A stretch of DNA of 63,982 bases, counting the filler, from Gonapodya sp. JEL0774 (lineage: Eukaryota), in assembly GCA_027604505.1 (NCBI GenBank). It is 10 parts of 10 records of this genome, joined end to end, with 100 filler letters (N's around TTAATTAATTAA, not from the genome) between each part and the next. Parts side by side here need not be neighbours in the genome. Positions count along the whole stretch, not along the records: positions 51,722 to 58,030 come from JADIIX010000610.1; positions 58,131 to 63,982 come from JADIIX010000656.1; 8 more parts are not named here. The stretch is one strand, 5' to 3'. Below, one piece after another: positions 56,043-63,982 of the stretch. A program made the position numbers and the translations under genes. Every line of letters begins with the position of its first letter. Position 1 is the first letter of the stretch. Below the pieces are notes generated by a model. The model made no database searches. It was not told the origin of the DNA and saw nothing but the letters and a program-made list of their open reading frames with translations.

Positions 56043-58030
56043 ATGAGCGGCGGACTTTTCTCGGGCTTTTCCCCGCTGACCCCAAGACCGTTTCAATCGA
56101 CAAGTCCGGCGGAAAATGTGACGTTTCGTGCTGCTGTCACCACGGTTTCAGGTGTAGAGCGAAGCGACGAAGGTCAAGATTCAAGTGAATCGGGCGGCAG
56201 AAAAGAGTACGCTGTTCTGACGGTGCAGGGCGAAGGCATCACCGTGTTCGATGTGCGTCTCCCCGTAGTCAAAGTCGATCATTCTCTCATCCTAATGTTG
56301 GCCGAACGAAACCCTGGGCAGGTCGCAACCTCGCACCCAATCTTGGCGCGCTCGCTTTTACCATCAACTACGCTCAGTGCACCTGCGTTGCTTCTCCCAT
56401 CGGGCGTTTCTTCTTCCAATTCGAAGGAACCGAGGGGAACGATCATTGCACCGGTCCAGTTTCATCCAGCGTCAGTTCCCGAAGCTGAACACGGTCGTCA
56501 CATCTGGCTGTGGCGCTTTGGCGCCAACGGAAACACTGCTCAGAATCTCGCCCTGTCTGCCACGAAAATCGGACCAGACGACACTGCGGTGATGGAGAAA
56601 CCTGTCCACTCGCTCCACCCCGTTCCGTCTTCCATCGCTCGGTCTCTCGAGAAAATGCCGTCGGATGATGATCAGCTTTTTCTCGCGTACAACGCAGATA
56701 CATCGTTTTCTGTCTTCCACACTTCGAACCCCACCTCTCCCTTGCTCACCTCCACTTTGGACTCAGTCTCTCGCACCACTCGCCTCCAATCTCGAATTCG
56801 CCGGAGAGCCGTATGGGCCTCGTTATTTACCCTACCTAGTACCAATACTAGTGACAACGACGACGACGAGCCCGAGGAGGACGTTATCGTTGTCGATGTT
56901 TTCGAGACCGACGTCCCCACTGCTCAGGAACCCCACGGCCCCACCACGGGCTCCTTCTCCGCTCCACCGACCCGAACTCGCCGATCAAGTGTCGCCACCA
57001 CCACTGACATGACCGACACACTGCCGCTGCACTCCCCGACCACTCTCACCCCTCTGGCGCGCGGACGGAAATCCAGCGTCGCATCCATCACCGGTACGCC
57101 ACTCTCCGCTCCACCCGGCCCCGGTGCACTAAGAGATTCCACACCATCCCGTATGGCTCGCGAGGGTACTCCCAGTCGCCACGCCCGTGAATCGTCACCC
57201 TTCTTTGGTTCCGCCACCACACCGTCCAAACCATCCTCTTCCAAACTCCCACCAGTACACCGCCCTATAGCCCGAGTCCGCTCTTTGGGAGGGTCAGGTA
57301 AACCGTGGTCTGCAGAGGTCTCCATCGACGTCGGTCGAGGTACAGCTGCGGACGTCGTTTCGTGGGCGTTCGAACCGAGCAGGGGCTGGCTGGCTGCACT
57401 CGGTGAGTCCGCTCCTTGCGAGCGTTGCTCCTACATCATGGTGATTCTCTTTACCAAAACTCATTTTTGTGACCCTACAAAGCCCAATCCGCTGTCCTCC
57501 TCTTCCGCCTCCCCCTTCCGTCCTCTACTCCGCACCTTCCACCCCCGGGCGCTCTCAAACCCCACTTGATCATCCCTCTCACATCTTTTTCCTCACCTGT
57601 ACCGCTCGCACTCACCCCAACTGCCAACTCGGTCACCTTTTTGGACTCAAACCACATCGGGGTGGCCTTTACCACTGCAAACGACAGTGACGGTGACGGT
57701 AGCTCCTCGACAGCGGCTGAGGAGTCGACCGTGCCTTCAGCCTACCTCTCTGCGTGTGATCTCCGCTTCTCGGCTCCCCGAGGATGTGCTGCGATCCACT
57801 CTGTGGACGTCCCCGTGCCCTCTGTACTCATACCAGACAACCCAGACATGTCGCTCAGAGAGGACACCGAAATAACCGACGACGTCCGACTCGCTTTGAT
57901 CGGTGGAAGTGCCAAAGTCTTGGCGGTGCACGTTCGGTCGACCAGTACTGGTACCGGTGTCGCGACGGGGACGTTTATGGCGACCCTCCACGCCGCACCC
58001 TTTGCCTTCCCCCTCCCGACTCTCGCTGGT
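56043..58030 (+). CDS. Possible NOL11/Utp8-like nucleolar protein, 3'-partial
   Basis: Long spliced ORF. The N-terminal AVLTVQGEGITVFD|V...S..L.APA resembles the NOL11/Utp8 N-terminal propeller start. Confidence 0.5.
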
Positions 58031-58130
58031 NNNNNNNNNNNNNNNNNNNNNNNNNNNNNNNNNNNNNNNNNNNNTTAATTAATTAANNNNNNNNNNNNNN
58101 NNNNNNNNNNNNNNNNNNNNNNNNNNNNNN

Positions 58131-59990
58131 GCAACATCCTCCTCCTCAGCTCCACCATGTGACCCGCCGCCAGCTGCAACTGGGACCACAACAACCACTG
58201 TGACACTCACAGGCGCCTCTGTGCCGCTATCACCCTCACCATGAACAACTTGTTACTGGACAGGATGGGACAAATGGCGGATGGAACCGTGAAGGAGGTC
58301 ATAGATTGGTTGAAGGCAAAATTCACCGCCTGAACCTGTGCAGCAAAAGAACTCAACAGAAAGAAATGGCCGGCAGCCTGTCCTGACAGACGCGGGGCCA
58401 TCCATTTTGACAATGAATGGTGGAAGTCTTACCGTGAATACCAATCATTGGGGGGGAAACAGGAGGCAGAAGATCTCACTGCAATTGCGGACAAATACAC
58501 AAATGTTTTTTACAGCACATTCATCAACAATGGAGCGGCGTTTATTGATGACATCAAAGCAGCAATGAAAGCCAACAACAACCAGAAGGAAACCGAGGCC
58601 ACAGCTATTGCTGCCGAAGCGAAGTTGAAATCAAAGCCACCCCACCCCTCTAATGCCCCCAAGCCTCCTTGCTCCAACGCAAACAGAACAGACGAACACT
58701 GTGGAGCTGCGGAGAGGAGAACCATGGAGCAGACAAGTGTTGGGCAGGATTTGGAAGGTGTGGAGCGGATTGCCCACACCCCGTGCTGGCAGGAAATCAC
58801 GGAAGAGGAAGGAAAGGGGACAGATGCAAGGGCAGAATGTTGCACATGACAGAAATGTATCACAATACACAACAGCTCAACCTGTACACCACAAACTCCC
58901 CATATCAAAAGACTGGGACAATTTCTCAGTGAGTACATTCCATAACAACCCCTCTTGAAGGGGTGGGGTCAGAATGTGCTGGAGTGATGAAGTTTCAGTC
59001 CCAGTCACAGGGGACCGTTCAGTCTGATCCCACTGAGCAAGGTTCTGCTCAGTTATGTGACAACCCATTGAGTTATACACCGGTTGTTGCTGATTTCAAT
59101 ATCACCTCTGTCCATGCTAGCTCTACTCATTCAACTGAAAATTGCCCCTCAGTATCACAAATGAACCTTGACAAATCTGCAATTGAAGTCCATGTGGACA
59201 CTGCAGCATCTCACTCTATTCGTCCCGACCAAGATTTTCTTTTGAATTTGACAAATGACCGTATGGAAATTGGCCTTGCAGCAGAAGACACAGTTTCAAT
59301 GGCACATGGACAGGGGAACATGACTGTTGTTTTTCACGGGACTGCAACTGTATTCAAAAGAACAATTCCAGGTGTTCTCTATAGTCCAGAGAACCGTTAC
59401 ATTCCATTATCTGGCGGCAGTTTGCAAAACGTGGGAATCTCAATATTTACTCTGCCACTCCAATATATTGGAATTATGGGACACCCCCTCACAAAAACTC
59501 ATTTGCTGAGGAACACACCTTGGCTTATCGCTCTGCAGGATGCCAATTTCCGATGAACAGAATTGACTTCCGAACCCTCTCGCTTTGATGATCCAGTCAG
59601 CCCAACTCAATGAAATATTATATCACCTCTGTCTCAGTCACTTGAACTGTCAGGACTTGCATCAACTCGCCTGTTCTGATGGATTGCAATTAACTAAATT
59701 TGACAATGGATCCTCCCTTGATTGCATTGGATGTGATTTGGGAAAAGCGCATGTCATGCCAAACTTCAAACCCCATTGAATGCTTGTATCTTCATGTGGA
59801 TATTTTGGTCCTGTTCCTATGGGAACAACTGCTCTTGATGGATCTTGCTACTTCCTGGTGATTGTGGATAATGCATCGGGAACAGTGTTTCCTGAACTAA
59901 TGAAAACGAAAGCAGAAGCAACAAAGCCCCTTCAATCCGTTTTGAAGAAAGGTGAGGGACAATATGGAAGAGATGTAGTTGCATGACAAT
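58131..59990 (+). mobile_element. Decayed Ty1/copia LTR retrotransposon (gag, protease, GAG-pre-integrase, integrase start)
   Basis: Protease-like VHVDTAASHS, GAG-pre-integrase-like LYHLCLSHLN..CIGCDLGKAH and integrase-like YFGPV..DGSCYFLVIVDNASG, in copia order and broken by stops and frameshifts. Confidence 0.85.
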
Positions 59991-62597
59991 GAATGTCCAC
60001 AACATTATTCACTGGACTGCCCAGCTCCTTTAAGAATCTGCTTAATCCAAATAAGTTTGCAGACTGCATAATCCTGGGAGTTAGACTGAATGCGAGACCC
60101 CACCAGTACTTGCACACAGGCTCGAGGATTAAGTGTCAGTATCAGGTGACAATCTTGCGTTGACAGTTGGGACTTTTCTTGTCACACAAATATTGCATCA
60201 ACTGTGCAGATGGAGGTTGATTGTCAAGGGATCATGTGATACAGTGTTCTGGAGTTGGACTGGCAGTGGAACAGTGTCTGCAGTCAATCTACCCCTAGCC
60301 TCACATTCCTTACAGTCCTGATGTCATGCATCACCTGATCAACTGTGCGGCAATAGATATGGGTCCGGTGGAGTGGCAATGTCATGGACGCGCCAGGACA
60401 GAGTCAGGGTGCTTTCAGGTGCCCTAATACCTTTGTAAACTCTTGTGTGTCTTTTGTTTTTGTTACTGAGGGTGGTCATTGTGTACTTGTTGGTTTTCAA
60501 CTGTGGACTTGAGGGACTTAATTCCCTTCATACCTTAGTAGTATTTGGATTTTACTCTTTAGAGGTGTTTGACATAGGATATGACAACTTCCTTTGATAA
60601 ACTCACCTCTAGGACAATGGTGGTGGTGAAGGGATTTGTTACATGATCAGGGGTCGTGTGGCACAGTGCCCACTGCCCACAGTGTTATCCTAGTTGAGGG
60701 TTTTAGCTTTCTCTATGTTTGATTGACTTCACTCCGTCATAGGTAGGATGTGAGCTGCTTGTATTTCTTTCCTTCTATTCACATTCCATCATAGCCTATC
60801 TCGCTTGGTTCCTGATGTGATCCCTGGGTGGGTCGCGCCAAGCTGATGTGCAATAGCAATTTGAATTGCCTTTATGGTTTCTTTTCGGCTACAGCTGTCG
60901 CATTCTATTTCAGTAATACGTTCTACACCAACAGGTGCAGATGCCCCTGCAGAACTCATAGTCCTTTGACGCACAAACTGACTGTTCACATTTTCATTAT
61001 CATCTAGCTCTGTCTCATGTGGAGAGGTGTTGTTGTTTCCTTGCTTAAAACCGTCCTCTTTGGCTGATTCACAGGCTCAAGAAGCATTCTCAGCACCACA
61101 AGCGTGTTTGCTCACTTCCTCAAAGTCCCGTTCACTTGGACAATTACTGAACATCACTGTTTCTACCATCGTTTTCCAATTCAATATCTACAATAATTGC
61201 GTTGTTGTTGCCCTGTTCAGACATTTTGAACGTCTGCGAGTTTTAGTTGAGAGAAACAAAATCAAGAAACACCGGGTCAGACCACCCGGAAAAGCAACGT
61301 GGAGGAGAGAGCGTTGCAGAGAGTGAGAGAAAATGAAGAAAACCGTTGACGCTCACAATGAGGTCGACGTGACTTGAGTGGGAGACAGTGGCAAAATCAG
61401 AGTTGACAAAAACCATTGGAGAAGACTTGAGGACGAACCAAGTAGGCCAAAGATTGTTGCAGTCATTCCACCACTTGTAGAGGACTGCATGGGATGAATC
61501 AAAGGGGCGGGAGCATAGGATGGTGTTCGAGGTGTAGAATATACATTTCCACTATCTATGATGCAGCTAAACCCTCACACATGGACCTGTTCTGTCACAG
61601 AACGGCACCCATCATCCACGCAGGAAGTATCCATTGATCAAGTGCCTGTGTGGAGGGAAGGCATTTGCTGAGTGCATAAGAAATTGCAGATTTTGTTCCC
61701 ATGAAGCTGCAGCAGGTTGGACATTGAGGTGCCCATGTGTTTGAGGAGGCAATTGAGACCATATCATCCACCACCAATCAGCAAACAACTAGAGCGATGC
61801 CACTAGCATCTGTTCATAGGGGCGCAGGCGAGAAAGGGGAAAGGGGTGCATGTGTGAAAATATGAAAGTTCGCTACCAACGCAACAAATTCTATTCCCAG
61901 CAGTCAATGCTCTGTATAGTAGAAGTCCAGCACCCAGCACCCACCCATTTGGAACTGATTGGAATACTGGAGCAGTCCAGTACTCCCAGCCCCGCCATTT
62001 GCTGAATTCAATGGCTCTCCCTTTGCAACCACTGCCTCCATTCCAAGATAGTATGCAACCCCGCTTGTCTCAGAACAGTGCAAGCCAGTTACTCAGGCTT
62101 CAAGTTCCCACTGTGCACCACCCAGGGTTCAACTTGATATCCGACACACAGCTGCTCACTCAAGCACAAAGGGCACATGTTCCACCATTCCAGAGTATCC
62201 CAAGTGCACCAATGTTCTGGGTCTTAAAATTCAAGAAAAAGCAATCCAATATCAACTGGTGCTTCTTGGGTCATGACCTCTGTGGTGAATTTGCTGTCTG
62301 TGTAGAGGATTTCCCTCAAGATATTGCTACTGGTGGCACAGTCAAGTGTCTCCTTTCCACATTTGTTTCCCACACTGGTGGTTGTTCCGGGCGCTGAAGA
62401 GTGGAGGTGTCGGTCATGTGGAATTGAGGTACTATGCGGAACTGCTGAATCTTCTGTCTGAGCCAGAAAAACAATGGCTCCAGCAGAACAAGGTCCAGCT
62501 ATTCTAATAGATTTATTTGTTGTATAACTTGTATTTGGAAAGAATGATTCCACCCTCCATCGCATGTCATAACCGCAGAACTGTCCATTCCCTCCAA

Positions 62598-62886
62598 TGT
62601 TGTGGTTCGCGGCGGAACCGCCCAAAACTTAATGTATGTATGTCTGAACCCTCCTACAATGTGTCACCAAGCGGTCACAGCTGAGCCGCTGGCACAACTA
62701 AGATCACTAGAAAAATCTAAAAACTACTCTATACGCATCTAGATACTAATAGATATCATGTCTATCCAAGGAATGGGTGCCACGACCAGGGGTGACGCGT
62801 GGAGGTGAACAGGGACGACTGTTGTCGTGCTTGTGGGGTCACGTGACTCCGGCTAAACTCCTGCTTTTAGCCGTCGTCTCACAACA
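62598..62886 (-). repeat. Putative 3' LTR of the gypsy element (~289 bp)
   Basis: Begins TGTTGTG just downstream of the pol end and terminates CACAACA (7-bp terminal inverted repeat). Confidence 0.65.
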
Positions 62887-63982
62887 CTCCTGGGGGTTCT
62901 CAAAAGCGGGTCCCACTCGAGCAATTCGTGTTCACATATACCACTCGTACGTCAGTAGGGTGGTCGGGTCGGCCTCAGGTGGTGCGTTGCGACGCACTTG
63001 GTCAACGTATTCGTGTAGCAGCTTACTGCGCTTTACAAATCCTCTACGGCCAGCGCGGCGCGTAAGGATCTTCCCGTCCAGGCAGGGGTGGTTGCTTTTG
63101 TACGCATCGATAAGGTCGTCGGCTGCCACTCGGGTGTAGCATACCCATGGAACTTCACGAGGTATTCAACCAGTGCCCCTTTGGTTTTGGGTTGCACCTT
63201 CTTGTCGAGGATAGCTTCCACCACGTAGGTCGGTTGGAAGTCAGGGGCCAGGTCAACTTGAGCTATGTCTTGGTGAGCAACTGCAGCATCAACTGGTGTT
63301 TGCATCTCGCGAGTTGAGTGATCTGGTGTAGTGCTCATGCGTGCCGGGTCTGGGACGTAATGAGTCACCCATGGCTGGAATCTTCGCATGCGACTGACAT
63401 GGGCAGTCATCTCATGCTCGGTGCTGATATGGCTTACTCGGAAAAGGTTCTCGCTGACCTTCTCAGTGATGCGGTATGGGCCAATCCAGCGGGAGATGAG
63501 CTTCGTACTCTCCCCTTTTCGATGGGATTCCTCGTAGTACACCATGACAAGTTGGTTGATGTCAAAGGTAGTAACAGATGCGGTGTGATCGTAAGCAGCT
63601 TGCCGGATCTTCCTCTTCTGACGCATGTATGTGCGTAGTTGGTCATACGCATGGGCCAAGACAGCAGTGGCAGTTGGCACGTCTTGAGGCCTCGTTCGCA
63701 GGGGTTTGGTAACACCAGGAAATAGCAGGTCTGCTGGGAGCCTTGCATCTCTCAGATGGTTGAGGAAGAAGGGTGTGTCTCCTAAGGCTCGATGGACAGT
63801 GGTTCGATATGCAAACAAGATGGGTTCAATTACTACATCCCAATTGGTATGACTGACATTGATGTATGCTGTCAGAGCGTCATTGATGAAGCAATGTATG
63901 TGTTCGATCAGAGAGTTGGACTCAGGATGATACGCAGCAGAGAGTGTGTGCTGGAAGCCACAAAGCTTTGCCAAGTTTTGCA
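62598..63982 (-). mobile_element. Ty3/gypsy chromovirus 3' end (integrase, GPY/F motif, chromodomain, LTR)
   Basis: AYHPESNSLIEH, FAYRTTVHRALGDTPFFLNH, KLISRWIGPYRI, HVSRMRRF, and chromodomain YVVEAILDKK..EYLVKFHGY..EWQP. Confidence 0.93.

Noticed and set aside
19480..58030. Apparent metabolic cluster (ADH, SDR, aldolase, fumarase, cupin)
   Set aside because: The genes lie on different contigs. Only aldolase and fumarase share a scaffold.
60700..62590. Short ORFs between the copia and gypsy remnants
   Set aside because: Stop-riddled, CpG-depleted sequence with no domain I can recognise.

Overview
Intron-rich eukaryotic DNA, most likely an early-diverging (zoosporic or chytrid-like) fungus. 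This is inferred from GT-AG introns with CTRAC/CTAAC branch points, fungal-type PMT2/SPT6/eIF2-gamma, and a class I aldolase. The window is not contiguous. It is ten unrelated ~6.3-6.4 kb contigs in descending length order, joined by 100-bp N44-TTAATTAATTAA-N44 linkers, so adjacency across linkers means nothing. Recognisable genes: ABCG transporter (partial), RING E3 ligase, TMEM14, SRPK/Sky1, SPT6, Zn alcohol dehydrogenase, eIF2-gamma, a large secreted modular protein, a YhdF/YdaD-type SDR, a degenerate Pth2, a frameshifted F-box gene, SFT2, PMT2 (partial), class I FBP aldolase, fumarase (partial), a cupin, two tandem orphan paralogs, a NOL11/Utp8-like gene (partial), and decayed copia and gypsy-chromovirus retroelements. 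Most interesting: (1) an intronless cupin with the DddK/DddW DMSP-lyase residue pattern; (2) a bacterial-looking lamin-tail/beta-propeller mucin-like secreted protein split by many introns; (3) introns with G/T-rich 5' ends and C/A-rich 3' ends that could pair; (4) a Pth2 paralog lacking catalytic residues; (5) a tandem orphan gene pair sharing a conserved upstream element; (6) a short repeat shared by fumarase introns. Exon models were read by eye, family assignments come from motif recognition rather than database searches, and boundaries are approximate.
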